Shown here piece after piece: positions 11,890-24,645 of a stretch of DNA of 64,000 bases (its first letter is position 1; every line of letters starts with the position of its first letter). The notes below the pieces were generated by a model. The model ran no database searches. It saw nothing but the letters and a program-made list of their open reading frames with translations, and was not told the DNA's origin. The stretch is from Octopus vulgaris (Eukaryota): positions 18,228,001 through 18,292,000 of the forward strand of contig OX597829.1 of the NCBI GenBank assembly GCA_951406725.2, given 5' to 3'. Made by a program: the position numbers and the translations under genes.

Positions 11890-13751
11890 AAACCGTGATA
11901 CCAGCAACGGAGGTCATAGGCCACCTGAAGAGTTTTGGACTGATCGCCAAGCCGCCAGAGGCTATGGAGGGAGGTGCTGCACTGGGCCTCAAGCTATGGA
12001 GAGACAAGGCCGGCGCCTTGGTGTTCCGGCGAGGGAATGAGGTCCCTGAACTGGGCGCCAGCATGAGTAGACGGGAACTGTTCTCTGTGTGTGGGAAGCT
12101 GGTGGGACACTACCCGATTGCAGGCTGGCTCCGGACAGCATGTAGCTTCATCAAGAGACGAGCCGAAGGAGTGAAGTGGAATGATAAAGTGGGTGAGAGG
12201 ACAATCGACATGATGCAGGAAGTCTTGGTCAGAGTAGGAGCAGAGGACCCAGTGAGGGGCAACTGGTATGTTCCCAAATCAAAGAGCGGGATCGTATGGT
12301 GTGACGCCAGTAGCATCGCAATAGGGGTTGTCTTGGAAGTGGGAGGTGTCACGGTGGAAGATGCGGCCTGGCTCAGGAAGATGGATGACTGCAATCATAT
12401 CAACGTGGCGGAGTTGGATGCCGTGCTGAAGGGGGTGAACCTAGCCTTGAAGTTGGGGTTGCACACCATAGAAATCAGGACTGATTCATCCACTGTACTT
12501 TGTTGGGCGACAGCAGTCATCACCGATGAGCGGAGGGTGCGGACCAAAGGGGCTGCAGAGATGCTGGTAAAGCGTCGATTAGGAATACTGCGTGAACTAA
12601 CCACTGAGTTCAATCTGAAGCTGAGCGTGATATTTGTGCCTTCCGAGAAGAACAGGGCAGACGTCCTGACCAGGGTAAAGCGAGCCTGTTTGCAGGTGCC
12701 AGAGGATGCGAAGCAGGATGTAGCTGCAGTATGCCGTCTGAGCGACTCGGAGTTACGGAGACTACACACCATGCATCACATGGGTGTGGACAGGACATTG
12801 TTCCTAGCCAGAAAAGTTGACTCCGACGTAACAAGACAGAGTGTGCAGAGAGTGGTTAGCAGTTGTGATAGGTGCCAGTCCATCGACCCTGCTCCGGTCG
12901 TGCATGAAGCGGGAAGTATTCCAGTGGACCAGGACTGGAGATGACTGGCGGTGGACATAACACACTATAGGCAGGGGACATACCTCTCAATGGTTGACTG
13001 CGGACCGGGGCGGTTCGCCATATGGAGGGAGATGAAGTCGGGAACCGCAGAAGAAATTGTGAAAGTGTTGAATCAGATATTCCTGGAACGAGGCCCCGTG
13101 GATGAACTGCTTCTGGACAATGGCTCTGCGTTTCGCTCGGATGTGCTGAGAGAAATGCTTGATGAGTGGAAGGTCAACCGCTTCTTCAGGGCGGCATACC
13201 GGCCAAGTGGAAACGGGGTGGTGGAAAGGCATCATCGTACCATCAAGGCCATGGCAGAGAGGGGTCACATTTCACCAGTCGAGGCCGTGTTTTGGTACAA
13301 TATGTCGCCCAGATCAGGACAGGCTGAGGAGTCGGTGCCACACAGGGCAATATTCAGGTACGAGTGGAGGCATCCGTGTACTACATCAATGCGACCCGGG
13401 GCAGAGGAAGAGCACGCCTTCGTGCAGGTCGGGGAGGAAGTCTGGGTAAAACCTCCAAACGCACGGTGTACATCGCAATGGGGAAAGGGGACAATAACCT
13501 CCATAAATTCAAAGAATAACATCTCGGTCGATGGTATGCCACGCCACGTTTTGGACATACGGAGGATTGTCCATGCCCCAGAGGATGGGACAAGCAACAG
13601 TGGGCAAGACGAAAACAACAGACAGGATGACGAGGTCGGCAGCAACACACCAGAAACAAGTCCTAGGGTCGCACTGCGACCACAGAGGGAGCAGCACCCT
13701 CCTCCCTTGTTGGCTGATTATGAAACCAGTTTCAGGTGCGGGAGTGAGTGA
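11890..13751 (+). pseudogene. Gypsy pol fragment: RT C-terminus, RNase H and integrase, with one in-frame TGA at 12942
   Basis: WCDAS, INVAEL, RTDS, NRADVLTR (RNase H); HHMG..CDRC (HHCC zinc finger); AVD..DNG..SGNGVVERHHRTIK (DDE core). Confidence 0.92.
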
Positions 13752-13787
13752 GGAAGCCGGTTCAGTGATCTATAGTTCAGGGGGGCG

Positions 13788-14065
13788 TGTGGTGCGATGG
13801 TGAAGGAGTGTGACGGAATGGGGAGGGGGGTGGAAGTGGGGCTTGCAGGTCTTGCAGGGCGTATGCGCGGGCGGAAGCGGAAGTGACAGACAGAACGCAC
13901 GTGCGGCATTGACCAGTTGCGCCAGACACGACGAAGATACCGAGAAGACACTACGCGAGCGAGTTGGCTAAAGGCGATCCGAGTTCATTTCCGGCCAGGT
14001 AAGACCCAATTACATTTCCATTCCTTTCCTTGTTCTGTTGTACTCTTTTCACCATTCATACTACA
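13788..14065 (+). repeat. 3' LTR (278 bp, TG...CA)
   Basis: Starts TGTGG after the PPT and ends CTACA; contains GCGGAAGCGGAAGTG (ETS-like) and CACGTG motifs. Confidence 0.8.
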
Positions 14066-14165
14066 GTATATATATGTATGTATGTATGTATGATGTGCGT
14101 GTGTGTGTATGTATGTATGTACGCATGAATGTATTTGAGCATGTATGTATTTGCATGTGTGTATG

Positions 14166-14503
14166 TACGAAGGATTACTCAAAAGAAACTGGAATTTTGC
14201 AATATTATTTTATTCGCTTAGTTTTATGTTTACACTTTTATCGTCTTCAAAGTATTCTCCATTTAAATGCATTGGTCCAGGCGCACTTTACACTTTTCGA
14301 AACAGTGCTGGAATTCTTGCGAAGCAAGGCTTTTTAACGCCTCCGTTGCTCTTTTTTTTTTTTTTACTTCGTCCACGTCTGCAAAACGTTTACCGTTAAG
14401 GACGTTTTTTATTTGGATGAACAAAAAGAAGTCTCAGGGACGAAGATCGAGTGAATAAATAGAGAGGGTGTGTACGCGCGGTCATGCCATTATTGATCAA
14501 AAA
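14166..14503 (-). mobile_element. Mariner transposon 3' end relic
   Basis: Terminus TACGAAGG; minus-strand translation ..DLRP*DFFLFIQIKNVLNGKRFADVDEVKK (YSPDLAPxDF motif region). Confidence 0.75.
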
Positions 14504-14548
14504 CTAGAATCAATCAATCAATCAATCAATCAATCATATACATACATA

Positions 14549-14593
<45 letters not shown>

Positions 14594-14744
14594 ATACTTC
14601 TATATATACGTACATATATATATATACATATATATATACATATATATATACATATATATACATATATATATATATATACTTATATATACATAAATATATA
14701 TACATACATATATATACATTCTTATATATATATCACATATATAT

Positions 14745-14799
<55 letters not shown>

Positions 14800-14840
14800 C
14801 ACACACACACATATATATATATACACACACACATATATAT

Positions 14841-14937
<97 letters not shown>

Positions 14938-15116
14938 CATACACACACACATATATATATACATACACACACACACATACATATATACATACACACACAC
15001 ACATACATATACATACACACATACATATATACATACATACATACACACACACATATATATATATACATACACAGACACACACACACACACACATATATAC
15101 ATACACACACACACAC

Positions 15117-15147
<31 letters not shown>

Positions 15148-15904
15148 TATATACATACACACACACACACACACATATATATATACTAGGGTCATAATTA
15201 TGGGTGACAATTTCATATGACACCGCTAGAAAAACTGCCGTTCAAACCGAAAAGATCCACAGTTTTCGGTTTGAACGGCAGTTTCTTCTAGCGGTGTCAT
15301 ATGAAATTGTCACCCATAATTATGACCCTAGTATATATATGAGTGTGTGTGTGTGTGTGTATGTATATATGTGTGTGTGTGTGTGTGTGTATGTATATAT
15401 ATATATGTGTGTGTGTGTGTGTATGTATATATATGTGTGTGCGTGTGTCTGTGTATGTATATATATGTGTGTGTTGTATGTATGTATGTATATATGTACG
15501 TGTGTATGTCTATATATGTGTGTGTGTGTGTGTATGTATATATGTATGTGTGTGTATGTATATATATATGTGTGTGTGTATGTATATATATGTGTGTTTG
15601 TGTGTGTGTGTGTATGTATATATATGTGTGTGTGTGTATATATGTGTGTGTGTATGTATATATATGTGTGTGTATGTATATATGTGTGTGTGTATGTATA
15701 TATATATATATGTGTGTGTGTGTATGTATATATATGTGTGTGTGTGTATGTATATATATGTGTGTGTGTGTGTATGTATATATATGTGATATATATATAA
15801 GTATGTATATATATATATGTATATATATATATGTATATATAAGTATATATATATGTATATATATGTATATATATATGTATATATATGTACATATATATAA
15901 GTAT

Positions 15905-15940
<36 letters not shown>
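14500..15940. repeat. Fold-back inverted repeat 1, arms about 700 bp, 9-nt loop at 15254-15262
   Basis: Unique core CTAGGGTCATAATTATGGGTGACAATTTCATATGACACCGCTAGA..CCGAAAA is mirrored at 15263-15335; microsatellite landmarks are mirrored further out. Confidence 0.85.
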
Positions 15941-15944
<4 letters not shown>

Positions 15945-16505
15945 GGCATTATTACACATAAATGCCTCACACTAAGAGAGACAAAGTCATTACTACCAAA
16001 ATTATACTAATCATACCTAAATGCAGTTTTTCAAAGCAAGACATTTAAAAAATGAATTTAGTTCTGTATCACCGTGATTTCACATTCAACTTACGTCTTA
16101 TGATCCTCAGCAGAACTGATTCTGAACACATCATAAATAAACTACCAACCTTACGTAGCGAAGACGAACAGACAACTGCCCACTCCGGCCAAGCACATGG
16201 AATGTTTATAAATCATATATCATTATATGATTTATAAACATTCCATGTGCTTGGCCGGAGTGGGCAGTTGTCTGTTCGTCTTCGCTACGTAAGGTTGGTA
16301 GTTTATTTATGATGTGTTCAGAATCAGTTCTGCTGAGGATCATAAGACGTAAGTTGAATGTGAAATCACGGTGATACAGAACTAAATTCATTTTTTAAAT
16401 GTCTTGCTTTGAAAAACTGCATTTAGGTATGATTAGTATAATTTTGGTAGTAATGACTTTGTCCCTCTTAGTGTGAGGCATTTATGTGTAATAATGCCCT
16501 CTATA
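15939..16505. repeat. Fold-back inverted repeat 2, arms about 280 bp, 4-nt loop at 16220-16223
   Basis: Near-identical ORFs on opposite strands (16052+ and 16391-); I saw only one arm mismatch. Confidence 0.95.
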
Positions 16506-16675
16506 CAATATAGATATAATTAATTTGTTCAAAAGAAAAAAATTATTTTCGAATTCTTTTCTTTTATGAGGTTTTCACGCTAACTACCCGATAATTTCTT
16601 GTTAAGATCCCTTATTAAGAGGTTATCCTTAATTGTTAAACTTATATATATATATATATATAAGTATGTATGTAT

Positions 16676-18447
16676 ATGATTGATCGATTGATTGATTGAT
16701 TCTAGTTTCAGCTCATGAGCTGTGGCCATGCTGGGGCACCGCCATTTGGCGTTGCTACTTGGTTTTACTTCACTAAAGCTTTTTAGCAACTGCCATTTGG
16801 TGCATGAGAGAGTTCGATGCAGCTGCCCTCATCTGCACCTCCTGCCGTGAAGTTGGTTCATCTGGGACACCTGACAGGAAGAGATCCAGTTTCATTTTAA
16901 AGACATCTGCATCCACCCCATGCAGGTCTCTCAGGTTCTTCGGGAGGATATTGAAGAGCTGTGGGCCTCGGAAGCCCAGGCTATCACAGTATCTTGTCCT
17001 ACATCTTGATGGCAAATTTGGAGTCCTAGGCACCACGCCATGGCGCCCAGTTCTGGCATTCGTGTAACTCTCGATGCCAAAGTTTGGGACACGTCCCTCC
17101 AGGATCTTCCAGATGTATATTATGGCATATCTTTCCCGCCTACGCTCCAAGGAATATAGTTTTAATCTCTTGAGTCTTTCCCAGTAGCTTACATTCTGCA
17201 TAGAGGCTATCTTCGTGTAGCTACGCTGGATCGCCTCGAGCTCTGTGATCAACTTGACACTGGATGGTGACCATAACTGAGAGCAATAGTCAAAGTGGCT
17301 TAGGACAAGTGACCTCCAGAGGACCATCATGGTTTCTTGTTCTCTTGTTCTAAAGGTTCTGAGAATCCATCCGGCCAGTCGTCTACATTTCCTTGCCAAT
17401 TTAGCAACATGTACACGAAAGGTTGCGTCATCACTCATGTAAATACCCAGGTCACGCACTGATTGTGCCTCTGGGATTGCTATTCCTCCGGGTCCAGTGT
17501 ATTCATTGGGTATTGCATTTAGTTTTGCATGCTGATAGTATAAAGCTTGAAACTTTTCAGCATTGAACTGCATGCTATTCTTTTCAGCCCACTTGTATAT
17601 TTTGTCCAGCTCACATTGCAGGCGTTTAGTGTCCTCAGGGTTCTGTATTGCCTGTGAAACTTTTGTATCATCTGCATAACTTGTGATCGTGGCTCTCTGC
17701 GTGGCTGAGGGCATGTCTGAGAGGGCCATTATGAACAGTAATGGTCCCAGAACAGTGCCCTGCGGAACACCGCTCACTATTTGCGTGTTAATGGAAGTGG
17801 CCACATTGGCTACTACCACCTGACTTCTATCTTTCAGAAAGTCATGAAGCCATACTCCCAGTTTTCCAACTATGTTGAGATCACGCAGTTTGTGACATAT
17901 CATTCCATGATCGACTTTATCAAAGGCCTTTGCAAAGTCGAGATATATCATTTCCACATTTGAGTGGTTGAGCAGCCGTTTCAGCACCCAGTCATAGTGT
18001 TGTAGGAACTGAGTTAAACAGCTTCTCCCTGGTCGGAAACAATGTTGGGTGTCGGGCAGCAAGTCATTTTCTTCAAGAAAGGTGATCAGTTTCCTTCTGA
18101 CTATTCGTTCCATGACCTTGCTGATGTGTGAGGTCAGAGAGATAGATCTGTAGTTCTTGGCCTCCGCTCTGCTACCTCATTTATGAATGGACCTTCCTTC
18201 AGTTCTCTTGGAAGTTTGCCAGCTGCAAGGAAGCTCTGAAAGAGGAACTGCAGTGGTCTTGCTAGGACACTCTTACATGCTTTTAGGAGGATTGCCGGGA
18301 ATCCATCGGGGCCAGTAGCTGAGTCTGATTTCATTTCATCTATAGCCTTGATTACATCGTCTTCCTTTATATCGATGTAATCTATCGTCGCCGCCTCTGA
18401 TTTTATATCTGCAGTGGTAAAGAAGTCAGTTGGATTGGTGATTTGGA
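16676..18447 (-). mobile_element. 5'-truncated CR1/L2-group LINE with RT domain and (CAAT)n tail
   Basis: ORF 16773-18113 has YLDFAKAFDKVDH, SGVPQGTVLGPLLF, YADD and RDLG; upstream frameshifted ATGPDGFP..; tail CTGAAACTAGAATCAATCAATC. Confidence 0.93.
16773..18113 (-). CDS. LINE ORF2 reverse transcriptase, open 446-aa C-terminal portion
   Basis: All RT core motifs lie in one open frame; there is no endonuclease domain and the frame is disrupted upstream. Confidence 0.7.
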   Translation of the reverse strand: MERIVRRKLITFLEENDLLPDTQHCFRPGRSCLTQFLQHYDWVLKRLLNHSNVEMIYLDFAKAFDKVDHGMICHKLRDLNIVGKLGVWLHDFLKDRSQVVVANVATSINTQIVSGVPQGTVLGPLLFIMALSDMPSATQRATITSYADDTKVSQAIQNPEDTKRLQCELDKIYKWAEKNSMQFNAEKFQALYYQHAKLNAIPNEYTGPGGIAIPEAQSVRDLGIYMSDDATFRVHVAKLARKCRRLAGWILRTFRTREQETMMVLWRSLVLSHFDYCSQLWSPSSVKLITELEAIQRSYTKIASMQNVSYWERLKRLKLYSLERRRERYAIIYIWKILEGRVPNFGIESYTNARTGRHGVVPRTPNLPSRCRTRYCDSLGFRGPQLFNILPKNLRDLHGVDADVFKMKLDLFLSGVPDEPTSRQEVQMRAAASNSLMHQMAVAKKL

Positions 18448-18583
18448 GATGTATATATATATATGTACGTATATATATATATATATACATAGACACTCAC
18501 ACAAACGCACATATATATACATACACACACACACGTATATATATATACATACACACACACACACGCATATATACATACACACA

Positions 18584-18631
<48 letters not shown>

Positions 18632-18802
18632 CACACACACACACATATATATATACATACATATATATATATACACATATATATATACATACACACACAT
18701 ATATATACATACACCCTGACTGAAGAATGAATGTATATATATATACACACATATATATATACACATATATATATACATACACACACATATATATACATAC
18801 AC

Positions 18803-19063
18803 CCTGTGTCATCCATGTTTTTAACCGTTACTGTCTCCAAAAAAGATTTTTCGTTTCATTTTCGTCTCTGTTGCGTTGCATTCTTTCCTTCTGTGGCTGG
18901 CTGATTCGGAGCGGATCTCAGAATTGAACGGCCGAAATCTGCGATGAGGGATCAGTTTCTGACTGAAGAATGAAGGCTTTGAATGACCCGTTTGTCTTTT
19001 TGTTCGTCCCTTCGTGTATTTCACGTTATTTATTTATGTAAAAGTTTATTATCTCTATATATA

Positions 19064-19097
<34 letters not shown>

Positions 19098-20806
19098 ATA
19101 TGTATGTATGTATGTATATATGTATATATATATGTATTTATATATATGTGTGTATGTATATATATATGTGTGTGTGTATGTATATATATATATGTGTGTT
19201 TGTGTGTATGTATATATGTATGTGTGTGTGTATGTATATATATGTGTGTGTGTATGTATATATATATGTGTGTGTGTGTATGTATATATATGTGTTTTTA
19301 TGTGTGTATGTATATATATGTGTGTGTGTGTGTAAGTATATATATGTGTGTGTGTGTGTGTATGTATATATATGTGTGTGTGTGTTATATGTATATATAT
19401 ATATATGTATGATGTATTATATATATATATAATGTGTGTATATATATATGATATACATATGTGTGTATGTATGTATATATATGTGTGTGTCCCTTCGTGT
19501 ATATATGTTATGTAAAGGTTTATGTATTATATACTATTTATTTATTCGTATTGTTGTATGCCATATATATGTGTTGGCGCCTTTTTCTCCCAGCCTCGCT
19601 GATTCCTTTTCTCCCTCTCTCTCTTGATCACTGCTTCTTCTCTGATTCCTTCTCTCCCTCTCTCTCTCTCTCGGTCACTGCTTCTGTCCTCGCCTTCTAC
19701 CCTCCTTGGTCCCCTCTCTCTCTTAGCCCCTCCTCTCTCTTACCCTCTTGCGACTTGCTGCCTCAGCCTTTCTCTTTCCATCGGCCACTTGTTCAACATG
19801 TGTCTTACCACCGAAAAGGTTATTATTTTTCCACGCTTGCTGATATTGTTTTTGTGTCTCTCTTTTTGTGTTAAAGCCATAGGGCGCCTGTGTCATCCAT
19901 GTTTTTGACCGTTACTGTCTCCAAAAAAGATTTTTCGTTTCATGTTCGTCTCTGTTGCGTTTCATTCTTTCCTTCTGTGGCTGGCTGATTCGGAGCGGAT
20001 CTCAGAATTGAACGGCCGAAATCTGCGATGAGGGATCAGTTTCTGACAGAAGAATGAAGGTTTGAATGACCCGTTTGTCTTTTTGTTCGTCCCTTCGTGT
20101 ATTTCACGTTATTTATTTATGTAAAGGTTCATTATATATTTCGCAGCGTACGTGCATAATAACTTCATTATGTTTATCATATCAAAACCCCTGCACGATG
20201 TCTTTAAACTATTTTCTTTCCTTCGCCATTACTTCGTTGCCAAATTGCTTTGGCGCCTTTTCTCCCAGCCTCTCTGATTCCTTCTCTCCCTCTCTCTCTT
20301 GATCACTACTTCTTCTCTGATTCCTTCTCGCCATCTCTCTCTCTCGGTCACTGCTTCTGTCCTCGCCTTCTACCCTCCTTGGTCCACTCTCTCTCTTAGC
20401 CCCTCCTCTCTCTTACCCTCTAGCGACTTGCTGCCTCAGGCATTCTGTTTCCATCGGCCACTTGATCAACATGTGTCTTATCACCGAAAAGGTAATAATT
20501 TTTCGACGCTTGCTGATATTGTTTTTGTGTCTCTCTTTTTGTGTTAAAGCCGTAGGGCGTCTGTGTCATCCATGTTTTTAACCGTTACTGTCTCCCAAAA
20601 AGATTTTTCGTTTCATGTTCGTCTCTGTTGCGTTGCATTCTTTCCTTCTGTGGCTGGCTGATTCGGAGCGGATCTCAGAATTGAACGGCCGAAATCTGCG
20701 ATGAGGGATCAGTTTCTGACTATAGAATGAAGGCTTTGAATGACCCGTTTGTCTTTTTTTTCGTCCCTTCGTGTATTTCGCGTTATTTATTTATGTAAAC
20801 GTTCAT

Positions 20807-20877
<71 letters not shown>

Positions 20878-22504
20878 GTATGTATATATTTGTATGTATA
20901 TATATATATGTATATATATATGTCTGTATGTATATATATATGTGTGTGTGTGTATGTATATATATGTGTTTGTGTGTATGTATATATATATATGTTTGTG
21001 TGTATGTATATATGTATGTGTGTGTGTATGTATATATGTATATATATATGTGTATATATGTGTGTGTGTGTGTGTATATATATATATGTGTGTGTGTGTG
21101 TATGTATATATATATGTGTGTGTGTATGTGTATATATATGTGTGTGTGTGTGTGTATGTATATATATGTGTGTGTATGTATTATATGTGTGTGTGTGTAT
21201 ATATATGTGTGTGTTTGTATGTATATATATGTGTGTGTGTGTATATATGTATATATATATATGTTATTATTTATTTATCCAAAGCTTATTATATGCATAT
21301 ATATATATATGTGTATGTGTGTATGTATATATATGTGTGTGTGTATGTATATATATATATATATATGTTATTATTTATTTATCTAAAGGTTTATATTATA
21401 TATATATATATGTATGTGTGTATGTATATATATATGTATGTGTGTGTGTATGTATATATATATATGTTATTATTTATTTATCTAAAGGTTTATTATATAC
21501 ATATATATATATATGTATGTGTGTATGTATGTATATGTATGTTATTATTTATTTATGTAAAGGTTTATTATATACATATATATATATATGTATGTGTGTA
21601 TGTATATATATGTGTGTGTGTGTATGTATATATATGTGTGTGTGTGTTTCATGTTCGTCTCTGTTGCGTTGCATTCTTTCCTTCTGTGGCTGGCTGATTC
21701 GGAGCGGATCTCAGAATTAAACAGCCGAAATCTGCGATGAGGGATCAGTTTCTGACTGAAGAATGAAGGCTTTGAATGAACCGTTTGTCTTTTTGTTCGT
21801 CACTTCGTGTATTTCACGTTATTTATTTATGTAAAGGTTTATTATATATTTCGCAGCGTACGTGCATAATAACTTCTTTATGTTTATCATATCAAAACTC
21901 CTGCACGATGTCTTTAAACTATTTTCTTTCCTTCGCCATTGCTTCGTTGCCAAATTGTTTTCGCGCCTTTATCTCCCAGCCTCTCTGATTCCTTCTCTCC
22001 CTCTCTCTCTTGATCACTGCTTCTTCTCTGATTCCTTCTCTCCCTCTCTCTCTCTCTCTCTCGATCACTGCTTCTGTCCTCGCCGTCTACCCTCCTTGGT
22101 CCCCTCTCTCTCTTAGCCCCTCCTCTCTCTTACCCTCTAGCGACTTGCTGCCCTAGCCATTGTGTTTCCATCGGCCACTTGTTCAACATGTGTCTTATCA
22201 CCGAAAAGGTAATTATTTTTCCAAGCTTGCTGATATTGTTTTTGTGTTAAAGCCGTAGGGCGCCTGTGTCATCCATGTTTTTAACCGTTACTGTCTCCAA
22301 AAAAGATTTTTCGTTTCATGTTCGTCTCTGTTGCGTTGCATTCTTTCCTTCTGTGGCTGGCTGATTCGGAGCGGATCTCAGAATTGAACGGCCGAAATCT
22401 GCGATGAGGGATCAGTTTCTGACTGAAGAATGAAGGCTTTGAATGACCCGTTTGTCTTTGTGTTCGTACCTTCCAATATTTCACGTTATTTATTTATGTA
22501 AACG

Positions 22505-22570
<66 letters not shown>

Positions 22571-24502
22571 ATATATGTATGTATGTATGTATATATATAT
22601 ATATGTATGTATGTATGTATATATATGTATGTATTTGTGTATATATATATGTGTGTGTATGTATATATATATGTGTGTGTGTATGTATATATATATATGT
22701 TTGTGTGTGTATGTATATATGCAAATGTGTGTGTATGTATATATATATGTGTGTGTGTGTGTATGTATATATATATGTGTGTGTATGTATATATATGTGT
22801 GTGTGTGTGTGTGTATGTATATATATATATGTGTGTGTGTGTGTATGTATATATATGTGTGTGTGTGTGTATGTATATATATATGTGTGTGTGTATGTAT
22901 ATATATATATATATGTTATTATTTATTTATCTAAAGGATTATTATATACATATATATATATATGTGTGTGTGTATATATATATATATGTGTGTGTATGTA
23001 TATATATATATATATATATGTTATTATTTATTTATGTAAAGGTTTATTATATAAAAATATATATATATATGTGTGTGTATGTATATATATGTGTGTGTGT
23101 GTATGTATATATATGTGTGTGTGTGTTTCATGTTCGTCTCTGTTGCGTTGCATTCTTTCCTTCTGTGGCTGGCTGATTCGGAGCGGATCTCAGAATTAAA
23201 CAGCCGAAATCTGCGATGAGGGATCAGTTTCTGACTGAAGAATGAAGGCTTTGAATGACCCGTTTGTCTTTTTGTTCGTCTCATCGTGTATTTCACGTTA
23301 TTTATTTATGTAAAGGTTTATTATATATTTCGCAGCGTACGTGCATAATAACTTCTTTATGTTTATCATATCAAAACTCCTGCACGATGTCTTTAAACTA
23401 TTTTCTTTCCTTCGCCATTGCTTCGTTGCCAAATTGTTTTGGCGCCTTTTTCTCCCAGCCTCTCTGATTCCTTCTCTCCTCTCTCTCTTGATCACTGCTT
23501 CTTCTCTGATTCCTTCTCTCCCTCTCTCTCTCTCTCGATCACTGCTTCTGTCCTCGCCTTCTACCCTCCTTGGTCCCCTCTCTCTCTTAGCCCCTCCTCT
23601 CTCTTACCCTCTTGCGACTTGCTGCCTCAGCCATTCTCTTTCCATCGGCCACTTGTTCAACATGTGTCTTACCACCGAAAAGGTAATTATTTTTCCACGC
23701 TTGCTGATATTGTTTTTGTGTTCTCTTTTTGTGTTAAAGCCGTAGGGCGCCTGTGTCATCCATGTTTTTAACCGTTACTGTCTCCAAAAAAGATTTTTCG
23801 TTTCATGTTCGTCTCTGTTGCGTTGCATTCTTTCCTTCTGTGGCTGGCTGATTCGGAGCGGATCTCAGAATTGAACGGCCGAAATCTGCGATGAGGGATC
23901 AGTTTCTGACTGAAGAATGAAGGCTTTGAATGACCCGTTTGTCTTTTTGTTCGTCCCTTCGTGTATTTCACGTTATTTATTTATATGTATATATATATGT
24001 GTGTACGTATATATATGTGTGTGTGTCATTGTATGTATATATATATATATGTGTGTGTGTATGTATATATGTATATATATGTGTGTACGTATATATATGT
24101 GTGTATATATATGTGTGTATGTATATATATGTGTGTTTGTGTGTGTATGTATATATATATGTGTGTGTGTGTGTAAGTATATATATGTGTGTGTGTATGT
24201 ATATATATATGTGTGTGTGTATGTATATATATGTGTGTGTGTGTATGTATATATGTGTGTGTGTATGTATATATGTGTGTGTGTGTGTGTGTATATATAT
24301 GTGTGTGTATGTGTATATATGTGTGTGTGTATGTATATATATATATATATATTATTATTTATTTATCTAAAGGTTTATTATATGCATATATATATATGTG
24401 TGTGTGTGTATATATGTATATATATATATATGTTATTATTTATTTATCCAAAGCTTATTATATGCATATATATATATATATGTATGTGTGTATGTATATA
24501 TA

Positions 24503-24535
<33 letters not shown>

Positions 24536-24607
24536 GTTATTATTTATTTATCTAAAGGTTTATTATATACATATATATATATATGTATGTGTGTATATAT
24601 ATTTTGT

Positions 24608-24645
<38 letters not shown>

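Larger units (their letters stand above)
9962..14065 (+). mobile_element. Ty3/Gypsy LTR retrotransposon, internally rearranged and non-functional
   Basis: Domain order PR-RT-RNaseH-IN. 5' LTR remnant TGTGGTG..GGTGAAGGAGTGTGACGG at 9962-10030 matches the start of the 3' LTR at 13788. PPT AGGGGGGCG at 13779-13787. Confidence 0.93.

Noticed and set aside
9955-14072. TSD around the Gypsy element
   Set aside because: The flanks (CACAC versus GTATA) do not match, so an intact original insertion site cannot be claimed.
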